Part shown: piece after piece, positions 12,416 through 23,292 of the stretch
How the letters are laid out: the number at the start of each line of letters is the position of its first letter
Numbering within the stretch: position 1 is the stretch's first letter
Source of the DNA: Marsupella aquatica
Lineage: Eukaryota > Plantae > Marchantiophyta
Direction: 5' to 3'
DNA length: 64,000 nt
Assembly (NCBI GenBank): GCA_973895155.1
Contig: OZ316894.1
Location: 5,790,944 to 5,854,943, forward strand
Notes under the pieces: model-generated
What the model saw: only the letters and a program-made list of their open reading frames with translations
Database searches by the model: none
What the model was told of the DNA's origin: nothing
Program-made: the position numbers and the translations under genes

Positions 12416-14510
12416 CTTCTCACCCAAGTAAATCGAATGGCTCACTCCCAGTTCTAAAGATAGACTTCAGAACAAAAATCATGTGAAATAAACTTGATAG
12501 TTGCAAATCCTTAGAGAACGAAGGAGCCCAAGTTTTGGAATGTTTAAACCACCTTGGGTCAAAAATTCTATTCAATTGAAATTAACCCTCTTAGTTAGCA
12601 TGTCCATTGCTTGCCAGATGAGATTAGTAGGCACGATAAATGGATCATTGGGTCCTGAGTTCTTTCTTGTGAAGCCAACTGCATATGTTTCCACTCATTA
12701 CACTCTCTGTCCAATCTCAGAAGGAAAACAAATGGACCCCCACTTCTTCAGTCTCATGGTTTGCAAGTGAAACTAGCTTCTTCTTCTTCTTCTTCTCCTT
12801 CTTCTTTTTTTTGTTTTGTTTGGGGGTGGGGAGGAGAAAAAGGGCCTAGAGGGCCAAGTCCAATGAGCCAAATAAACCCATAAGGGTACCAGGCCTGTGA
12901 CCACTTTGGTCATACGAAGATTTCTTGGTTTGCAGTGAAACTAGCCTGTTCTTCATTTTTTATTTTTTATTTTATTTGGGGGCAAGGAAAAGAAGTTCAG
13001 CAGACTTAGTCTAGACAAGAAGAAACATGGACAGAAAATCAGGTAGGGAGGGATGGGGTCCAGCCATATTTGTGAAGCAAAGTTTTGCCTAATCCTACTT
13101 GGAAAAAGCTCTGGTTACACACAAAAAATGGAAAAAAAAATAAAAAATTTGCCTCTCCCCAGATCTAACAGAACTGCTTAAATCTAGGGAATTCAGACGG
13201 CCCACATGCATGTGTCACAAATATACAGAAACCATTTATATTTAGAGTAAAACTTTTGAATCTAGGGAAATCAGAATAATTCACATGGATGTGTCTCAGA
13301 TTTTATGACAGAAAGTACTCCATTCCAAGGGAAAAGAGAGAAGTTGTCACAACAGAAAATTTGATGAAAATCTTAATGTGGCCCTACCTTTTGCAAGGGA
13401 CTTGCTGCCGCACTTCCGGTTCCAAATCTGATTCCGGTTCTGAGTTTTGGCGGCACTTCGGGTTTGCCCGACTCTGCATGGACCCATGTTTTTCTGAAAG
13501 AATGCAGTGACTTGCAATACTACAGCAACCTTGCTTGGGTGACTGCAGGACACTTCTTCCTTGGTCAATTAGGAGGTGCAGGCAGGCTTTGCAAGCACAG
13601 CTTAGTTTGCTGGGATGGATATATTGTTGCCCCGATTGTTGCAATGCTGAGTTGAAGCATTGAGGCTTTCTCGTGAAGCAATGGGAAATGCTAGGGACAC
13701 TCGCCTAAGTGGGCATGGACACTCCGCTATAACCCTGGCAGGGGCTCAATGGGTCCAAGCAAGTCTCTTTCAAAGGGTGGGGTCTTGTCACTGTTTTTTT
13801 TTTTCCTGCCAGGGCCCCATCAAGTCTTTTCTTGGAAGTTGGCATTGACACTCCTCTGCCATAGTGCCATCCCGGTTTCCTCAAATAATTGATACCTACT
13901 AAAATTATGGATTTTATGTACTAAGCACTTTTAAGCGCTTGTGAAACATCCAAAGAATTTCGCCTTGTAAATTTTAAATACATTATAAGCATCTTTATGT
14001 AAACACTGTCATTTTGGTGTACATCTTAGTTTCAAAATTAAAACTTTACATGAGGACAGATACTAAATCAGGAGAACAATTTGTGAGTTTGACGTTGCGT
14101 CCGGCTTTGCCTTATTTCCTGGATTAAAAAACAAGTATAATTCCCTTCAGGAGCCAGGTTGGCATTAAGATATTAGGGGGTGTCAATGAGCGGCCCACAA
14201 AGACTTCCAAACAGGAGACCCCAAAATGTTCTAAATACTGTTACAGGTCTCATTCAGGAGAGAAATAAAGCCAATATCAACTTTGAGCCAAACCTTAAGG
14301 TTACAGTGCAGTTATGGCTATTAGGAGATTTCTTTAAAAATCTTGTGAACAGGGTGTTTTCACCTGCTTATCGCCTGAACCTGTATTGACATCCTTAGTA
14401 GGGTGCTGGGCACAGGTTAGACATGGGTAATTTTAGCTTGGTAGCAAACAGTAAAACATTATGTGTTATGACTGTCATAATTAGGGAAAAACCCCACTTG
14501 GATAGCAAAG

Positions 14511-14675
14511 TTTTTATTTTATTTTATTTTATAATTTATTTATAAATTTTAAGGGAAATCTGTGAAACCTCATAGAAAGGGGAGAGTCAGCCACAATAGT
14601 TGGGAAGAGTCACCCACAACAATTGAATCCAAGACCTATCAGTCTCTATTCAAGTGAGTTATCACAAAGTCTATA
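14511..14675 (-). mobile_element. tRNA-derived SINE-like element (same family as 42353-42484)
   Basis: The reverse complement has the B-box-like aggtcttggattcaat, the body ccctttctatgaggtttcacagatttcccttaaaattta and an A-rich tail, matching the copy at 42353. Confidence 0.65.
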
Positions 14676-14715
14676 TAACTAATGGCAAACAGAAAGGAGA
14701 ATTGGGGTCATTCCT

Positions 14716-14836
14716 TCCCGACTACTAGAATCCCCAGCTCCAGGTATTATGTCAAGACTATGAGTTTATGAACCTATGCAAACGAGGTCTTATTGCAATT
14801 GATTCAATGATTCCACTTGGGCGTGGTCAAAGAGAG
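14716..14836 (+). pseudogene. atpA: Decayed plastid atpA fragment (NUPT)
   Basis: Translates as SRLLESPAPGIMSRL*VYEPMQT(+1 fs)GLIAIDSMIPLGRGQRE, matching the CF1 alpha segment ESPAPGIISRRSVYEP(L/M)QTGLIAIDSMIPIGRGQRE. Confidence 0.85.
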
Positions 14837-15455
14837 TGCTAGACTTCTGGAGTGAAGTCTATAGACCATAACTCTCAATAGAGACAAAACTGTTAAGGAC
14901 AAAAGTGAAGAGCATTACAAAAACAAGGATGGGGGCAGAGATGAAGGGAAAATAGCATAGATTACTTTGCAAGGTGTTTTTTTTAATGTTATCTCTAAAT
15001 CAGGCTAGAGCACTAACAATACAAGAGAGAGCAGAAATCGTGAGACTCGCTAACAATAGTCTCCTTGCTAGGAACAATGCGTGCATGCTGGCATCATACA
15101 ATACCTACGTTTTACACACCCTAGGAATGATTTTTCCAAACGAGAAAATAGGCTGGACGACAGAAACACGAACAGGAAACCAACCTGGCAGGGAGGATGT
15201 GGGCTCATTAATGAGCCTCGAGCCCTCCCTGTCCTGCACTGCTTTGATGCTTTCTGTTGGGCATTGCCTCATTAAACCACAACGCGCCACTCAGACTCTT
15301 CTAGTCCTCTCAAAAAACTTACACTTGTCTTCTGTGCTGCATCATTCTGAACGTGACCCTTTTCCACTCACTCCCCATGGTCTCCACTCCCCAACTCACT
15401 GACAGGTCAACCTCAGCGGTTTCGTAAATTTACTCACTGGACGGCCGCACGACGC

Positions 15456-15600
15456 AGGTACGGATCTCTCACCTCCCGTTCTTCTCAGGGTTTTTTTGGT
15501 CTCAAATCAGATTTTTGTGTTTTGTTTGGAAGAGTAGGCACGGATCTCTCACCTCCCGTTCTTCTTGGGGTCTCAAATCAGATTTTTGTGTTTTGTTTGG
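15456..15600. repeat. Tandem duplication, ~79-bp unit x2
   Basis: acggatctctcacctcccgttcttct...gtctcaaatcagatttttgtgttttgtttgga occurs twice. Confidence 0.85.
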
Positions 15601-18600
15601 ATGAGTGATTCAATCTTCTTTATTGATGTCTCGAACAGATTTTCAGTTTTGAAGAGCACTAGAAACACATTCATCGGAGGTTGTTCTTGATTTTGACACT
15701 TGCGTTTCGAATAGTGGTACAATCTTATTTTACTAATGTCGCTAACAAACCTTCAACCTTCAAGATCACAAGAATCACATCCATCAGAGGTTTTTTTACT
15801 TGGGTTTTGACACTCCGGCTGCAGGGCTGGCGCATTTGCTCACATTCGGTCTGTATATTGTTTCGAACTGTGATTCAATCTTCGTTTTGAATGTCTCGAA
15901 CGGATCTTCATTCTTCAAGCCTGAACCACATCCATCAGAGGTATCTGTCGGGTTTGACACTTTGGCCTCAGGTTGAATTGTTCAAGCTCGAGTGGGTTTT
16001 GACAGAAAAGTGGGAAAGGGGTCCGTGAAGAACAATAATCACAGTCCTTGGGAACTCCATTCGAGAAACCTACTGGGGCTTTCTGTCAGCTTTCTTTAGT
16101 GAAGTTTTATTGGTTTTGATCGTTTCAGTGTGATTTCGCTCTTGTGTAAAAGCCAAGTTACATTGGTCCTTGTAGAAGATCTGGTAGAAGTCAATCGGTC
16201 CGCGTGGCTGGATATGTGATACGTGATTTATAAAGCTGTAGAATTCGCTCAACTTCCTAATTGGTGCTCGTACCCACCCGTCTTTCGTAGATCGAATTGT
16301 GATCCTTGTTGACTATGCTCCACTGCAATCGTGGCGGTCTCGAAGAGAGGGCACTTGAACATGTTCACCTTTCAAACTTGTACAGTAACTTGTAGCAGTT
16401 TGGAACTGTTGACGTGAAAACGTTTCGGAATTTTGGAGCAGCTTGACATCCGCAAACATCACTATAGAATGTGACGTTCAGGATGCAGCACAATACTGAT
16501 TGCCACTCACCGTAACGATATTCTGGAAGGGCCGTACACCAGTACAGTACGCCTGACTTGGAACAAAAGTCTAGCACGTCGTCGATCAACCAGACTGCTG
16601 ATACTCAGTCTCCTACTCTCAATGGCATTCACTGACTGTTGTCGAAAAAGCAGTCTCGGTGAGTGACCAATCGATCGGCCAGCTAAACATTCTACTTTGT
16701 ATGGTCCAATTGACCGGGAACTTATCGTGAAGGACACGAGAAGAAGATGAAGGAAACGACGCAGGTCCGATATTCTCTGGAGTTTGTGGTCTCCGGCCAT
16801 GAGGGTTTCGTCTCCCTTTGTGAGCTTCCCTGGAGTTTTACCATGTTTGGCGTAATTGATGGATTTGAGTGCAAAATCTTATTTCATTGCCAAAAGATGA
16901 ACATTGAAGGAACGAGACAGGAATCATCCCGGCGGCGCGAACCATCGTTTACAGAGTACAGACCGTTGGACGTCGACATAGTTAAGGCCTAAAGGGTGTA
17001 CACTAAAGCTCCATGAATAATCCACACTTGATTCATAGAATTGGCTATCGCTGTCCATTATGGTAATAATGATGTCTGAGCACATGATACAATACTGTCG
17101 ATGCTGAATCACTTCAAACCGTATTGTCCTGAGACAGGAATGCTTAGAAAGTGACTCCGTCTCAAAATTACGTACACCAACTCGAACGCTCGGTCTCACG
17201 GGCGAAACGAGCTGTATCAGAGAATGTGGATGAAAGCTACTTGGAGCACATGTCTGACAGTTACAGCAGTACGTCACGCACATTCAATTGAACTCCCGTT
17301 TGTGCTGAGCAAGGACATTTTATACTATTTTCTCCCGATGTGAGAATAGAAATCGAAGACCTAGACTCAAAGCTTGAAAATCGACCGAGGTCAAATCGCT
17401 GTCGGACCCCAAGTCTTCTTGAATTGGCAGAGGACTTCCTTGTCCAGTAGATTCCTGAAGCGAAAATCCCGGAGCAGTCCAGAGTACCACACTAGATAAT
17501 CCTTAAGAATTCGCAGAGGACTTCCTGGTCCAGTAGATTCCCTAAATAAAACCCCGAAGCCGTTTCGAAGGCATTACTGTGGTGCAATCAGCTAGAGTCA
17601 CCAGCAACTACAGCATGTCCGACATCAAGGAGCTCAGAATGGTTAGAAAGGTAGAAGATACCAAGAAAGAAGGCATTACATGAGGGCTTTCCATCGCCTC
17701 TAGGAGCATTTGACCAGGAATATAAATACACGATATCAGAAATGATGACCAATGAGGGGGGAATCCTGTTTGAAGAGTACCTCGATGTTTACTCATGAAA
17801 ACGGAGCTTGCTCAACCCGAAACTTATTAATAAGTGGTGTGAGTACCGTGGTCAACCATTTCCCCAACAGTGAATTGAAATTCGCTGTTACATCATCAGA
17901 GGCCTCGAGGACCTGACCAATCGATTTGCTTTCATCATCAATTCTACGTAAGGAGTTAGTATTGAAATTCGCTGTTACATCAAAGGTCTCGAGGATCTGA
18001 CCTGTCGATTTGCCATCATCATCAATTCTACGCAGGGAGTTGTTGTGCAGCAGCTCCACAAGACACAAGTTGGAATTATGATGAAGTTATGACAGCATTA
18101 TAAACTTGTAGAGACAGCTGGAGATACATTAATTGTTGTAACGAGGAAATGATAGGGAACTGCTGAGGAGTTTAATGCTGACTGGGAGTTGGTAGACGAT
18201 CTCCACCACATCTCCTTGCTCTGTACAGTAGTAAGATTTCTCAGTTTTGGCGATGTGGCCAATATCAGCTTTGATGGACCAGACGATGCTGAGTACACAG
18301 TTAGATCTCCCTATATTTCAAGATAACCATTAGATTGTGGCTAAGGGGGTCTGTGGGTAGGTGTGGGAAACTAGGTGGGTAGTGGAAAACAAAATACCTA
18401 GCCATATCTGGTCAAAAGTGGTAAAGAGTTTTGAGTGAGGCGAAATGTAGCCAATTTTAGCCACACAACAAAAACCTGGTTCCTCGCAGAGAGTAATTTG
18501 GAGGGGCCCAAATGTGCCAAATTCCACTCCTATTTTGGCTAAAATTGGTCACTATAAAGTTCCACTCCTTAAATCTAGGGACACAAATTTGAATAAATCT

Positions 18601-19756
18601 AGTAAGTTTATATAAAAATAATGTCAGCATGTTCTGGGCATTTCCTCCCTGACAAAAGGTACCGTTAGCCACAGTGACATGGTTCCCAGCCTCTTCTTCC
18701 ATATGCAACTGAAAGGTTGTTTGTTTGCTGCAGTGCTCTCTCCTCTCTTTCCAGCACAAGAGTAGCAAGTGTGAACCAAAGCCTTTAAAGTTTACACCCC
18801 TTATGGAAGACTTTTACTCGGACCCAAAGCCCTCAAACGCTATACCTCTCTAAGGAAGACTTTACAAGAACCCAAAAAAACCTTTACACCCCCCTAAGGC
18901 AGACTTTACAAGGACGAAGTCTACAAACTTCACACCCCGCAAGCAAGCAAGACTTTATAAGGACAAGTGGACAAAAGTTGAGAGGGGGCATTTATGTCCA
19001 CTATACCTGATCCATAGGTCTCATACAATGCACTTAAGAGTGTATGATCTCGAGAAGAAGCCTCGCTCCAAATCATATGGGATTGGGAGAAATACACTAC
19101 CATTGATCTCTCAACTTCATGGAAAGTCAAAGAATGGGCAGGTCACTTGATATGAACGGTTGGCATAAACTATGAAAACCAGGCCCGTGACCAAGGGGGG
19201 TTGGGTCACATTAGGCTGAACTACAAAGAGCAAGTATTAAATATACTTAGCTTATGTCACCAATGGGAGTGTCTTTAATAATAGCAAAAATTGGATTCAC
19301 GTTTCTATGATATATTATTCTTAGAAGTTTAGTTTTAAATAGGTATGATGAAATCATTATCTATGAATCAGGTCCAGCAGAAGTAAGCAAGCATACCAAA
19401 TCTCATCACTTTTTTTGGTGAAGAAACATAATAACTACAAGGTACAAATGGATCATTTTTTCTGTTTGGAAAAACATAACAAATACAAGGTAAAGAGCTA
19501 CAATAAGTGCTCTCTAATTATTCAAATAAAAATAGTTTTCAACTTGATGAAGGAAATAAGAGTATTGAACCCTAAATGTATCTAAAACACTAACTTTAAC
19601 CTTAGAGCATTCACTACCTAATCTGGAATAAATCATAGAGAATTAAATTATTTTATTTGCTCATCGTCAACCTTTCGTTGACGTATCAACGGACCAATAT
19701 CTGAAGAATGAACACAGTCGTAAGCAAAATATTTTTCAAACACTATATTGCATTAA

Positions 19757-20884
19757 TTTTTTATGCGTGATCCTGCTACATAATTGAGGCCAACTGCAAA
19801 TTCTGAACCACTCAAGTTAAGAACTGCTTTTTCAACAGTTGCACCTTGCGCCTTGTGAACTGTTATAGCATCAACAAATACTAAAGGAAATTGTTTTCTC
19901 GATTATGACTCGCGTCCATGTGATGTTTCTTTCTCCCATGTGACCAGAGATGGAGGTATAGGTACCAATGATATTCCATTTGAAGCATGCCAATATGTAG
20001 GGCCCTTATAATTTTTCATAGCTAAAAAAACAAGATCTGGTAAATTGTTGGCGGCATCTAAAGGATCCAACCATACAAGATCATGGACAGTCGCTGTAGT
20101 TCCATTGACATGACCTTCTTGCACCCAAAAGTTTTGGGTCAACATCACATTGGATCCTTTAGACAAAAGTATTTTTGTCACAAGACCTCCAACATCATCT
20201 ACACTACCTTTTAGGGCATCCCTCCCTCCTGTTGGATGATCAACAACCAAAATCCTAATAGGCAAACCACTATCTTTCAGAACTGATTCGTTGTAGATCA
20301 CAACATCTTTTTTTCTCGGATAGATTTGAATAGCATCCTTCATGTTCTCTAGTTCTTCTTGCGATAATTTCAAGCGTCCATTAAAATCCACTTTAAATCG
20401 TGTCACCATCAACTCCCAACCTTCACGTGTGCAACATCAATCACACAATCTTAGTAATAAGTCTCTAAACTTTATTTGCTCTTGGTCATTTCCCCCTTGG
20501 CGCATTACAGTTGATAAAATTGTGGAGACCTCAAATGAAAGATATGCTAATTTTCCTTGCAAGGCTTGATCAAGTGCATCTCCACCAAATTTGGATAGGT
20601 CCCCAAATAGAGGAGTGTTGCCCACCAAAGGAAGTTTCCCAAAATCCCCAAATAATATAATGGAAATTCCACCAATGAATTTATCTGAGGAATTATTAGA
20701 ATCATTTTTGCCAATGATTTGAACCCTACCATTGATTTTTCATCAATAATCAAGTATTGAATATGCTTCCAATGTTTTTGCAATTTTAAGAGTGCAGCTC
20801 CTTGCAAAGCCTCAAATTTTTGCATCGGTCTTATTGATAAGGCTGAATGAAAGGTTTGGCCCTTTATGGCATGAGCTACGACTC
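19757..20884 (-). pseudogene. PIF1-family helicase of a Helitron-type element, C-terminal part, frameshifted
   Basis: Motifs GQTFHSALSI, YLIIDEKSMVG, LFGDFGKLP, VMRQ, VMLTQNFWVQEGHVNGTT, QFPLVFVDAITVHKAQGATVEKA and YVAGSR, spread over several frames. Confidence 0.9.
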
Positions 20885-21438
20885 CTCGGGGGGTTGACTA
20901 TCAAAAATCTTAGGAACCACGTGCAATCCAAAATAGGTATTTTTCATAGAAATGAGCTAAATTTTTTAAAAGCGTAGGAAGAAAAAGAAGGTATTATAGA
21001 CCAATATTTATAGAATATTCTCTAATATATACTTTTTATAAAGTAAAATGGGTCATTAATATTGAAAATAAAGAATGTTTTTGGAATATTCCCATTATAA
21101 AATATGTGTGTTTATATTAGGCTAGGATCGCAGTGGTACCCCAAAATATACACTAGGCCTCATTCACAATTGGAGGACCCAAAAGGAACATCACACTCAG
21201 AAGTGACCATAGTTCATTATGCTTTAGGACATCATTTGTAAGGTGTAATGAGATGATATGCAAAATTTGATGTACTATACTTAATAAACATCCTGTAGGT
21301 TGGTAACATTAATTAAACTATCTAGCATTTGAGACTTTGAAGCTTTCCTTATATGTCCTTCAAAGATCGATAAAGGACTTGTCACGCAACGAGTCACATC
21401 ATTTCAGGACTCGAAAGGACTCTAAAACTTGCATTTTA

Positions 21439-21782
21439 TGTTAGATATTGCTCTAGTCTTGTGACTCTTGTGCTAACCACAGTTAGGCTAACTCGGGTTA
21501 GGACCTAGCTAAGGTTAGCGGTAGTGCTGTTGTGCATATAGCCAGGGCTGATGCCAGACCCTGGTGGAACTTAGGCTCATTGTTATGGAGCTAGTTGAGA
21601 GATAGGGAGAGCTTGTGCTGTGGATGCTTGGTATGGCCGGTCGGCCTAGAGTGCAGTAAAGCTCTTGTGTGTTCCCGTGGGCGTAGCCTCATGTGGAGGT
21701 GAACCACGTATCTCTCTGGGTCGACTATTGTGCGTTGGATGGTTCATGGGCTTGCCGTTGCGAATGTCGTCTATGCTCAACA
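21439..21782 (+). repeat. 5' LTR (344 bp)
   Basis: TGTTAG...TCAACA; 7 mismatches to the 3' LTR by eye (~2%). Confidence 0.97.
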
Positions 21783-21784
21783 AC

Positions 21785-21796
21785 TGGTATCAGAGC
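21785..21796 (+). promoter_or_regulatory. Primer-binding site (tRNA-iMet)
   Basis: TGGTATCAGAGC, 2 nt after the LTR. Confidence 0.95.
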
Positions 21797-23292
21797 ATGC
21801 CTGGGAGGTGATGAGGTTTTTTCGTGACAGGTTTTTCCAGCGTTCATTGTCAATGGTACATTTAGAGTTTCGTCGCATGAAACTTGATTGTGTGTGGCTG
21901 AGCGGATAGGTTAGTGAGAGGGCATTCTAACGGTGGTTAGAGCTCGCTGATCAGTATCCGTGGTGCGGAGGAATTGAAGTTTGCATCGTTCAGGGTTTAT
22001 TCGTGTTCGAGGGTATTTCGGGGGAGAAACCAGAGATCGTTTCTTCAACGGTGTGAGCTGTGCGGTGTGCAGGGCGTCGCATGTGATAGTTCAAGTTGAA
22101 GGTTGGAGCGTGCTGGTCATTTTGGTATCTAGTTTGCTGACGTTTGCGAAACAAGTTCGTCGTGACGAGTGAAGGAGGCGTTCTGGTTTTTTGACAAGCT
22201 ATGGTGCTTGTTTTTCCCTGAACCGGATTACTCGTAGTGACGCTTGACTCGAAGGAAGAAACGCAAAGTGCTGAGGCTCAACGAAGAGATCGTGGCGAGA
22301 CGGTCATTTTGAGTCCGGGATTGGCACTTGACGCGGAGTGAAGGCGACGCAACTGAAGTTCTTTCTCTGGTGGAGCTTCAGACGTGCCGGTGCAATTCGG
22401 AAACATTTTCATGTCGGCGGTCATCACTTTTCTCATTGGAAACCAAAGCGGAGGCGGCTGAGGTTTGTAACACGGCCTTTGTGTCATTTTTGGCACATTT
22501 TAAAGGTTAGTTTAGGGCATTTTTTGCCCCAATACGGCCCCAATACCCGACAAACCAGGTTCGCCATATGCCCCGGCGCGCACACCGGCCTCCCACACCC
22601 CTTTAAGCGCGAAAACGTGCTTTTTTGGGCCCAAATACGGCCAAAAACGCCCATATACGGCCCCAAAACATGAAAATACGCGCGTTTTGACCCCTTTAAA
22701 CATGTTTTTTCACGTTTTTTGTTGTTTACACGTGATTCTGGCCGCGAATACGCGCGCCTTTGCCAGGGGCTTTAAGACCCCTTTAGAGTGTGTTTTTCTG
22801 AAATTTTTTTTCTCTCCTCCTCCTCATTGGTTGTGCCTCATCCCGGGCCCTGTGACCCTCCGTTTTAACCGCTCCGACAGGGGGAACGGCCCCCTGTGAG
22901 CCCTATTGGACTGTGCGGGAATATTCCCAAAAAACAGAGAGCTGTTTTTCGGCCGTCACACAAAGATTCCGTCCGCCGCACGGTAATTTTTTTGGTTCTT
23001 TTTTGGTGAGGACGTTGCCACTGGAGTTGGCAACGTGGCGCACCGATCACATCGCAATTCCGACGACGGGTTATATGAGGTATTTTGGTTATTCTCCGAG
23101 GTGGTCAAAACGGGGGAGTTTCCCAAGGTTTTACCCACCCCGACCGAAATTTGAATAACTTTTTCGTCGAATTTTGATTTTGATTTTGGATTTCAGTATT
23201 GGACTCCTAGCTTCGTGGGCTACGCGGCGGTGTTGAGTTTTGAGTTTTATGAGAAGTTTCGAAAAAAGACGTTTTTTCGTGATTGTTTCATA

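Noticed and set aside
13347-13848. Possible exon or pseudogene
   Set aside because: No recognisable domain and no consistent multi-exon frame.
16365-17283. Minus-strand ORFs with a gtgag donor
   Set aside because: Could not be joined into a supported gene model.
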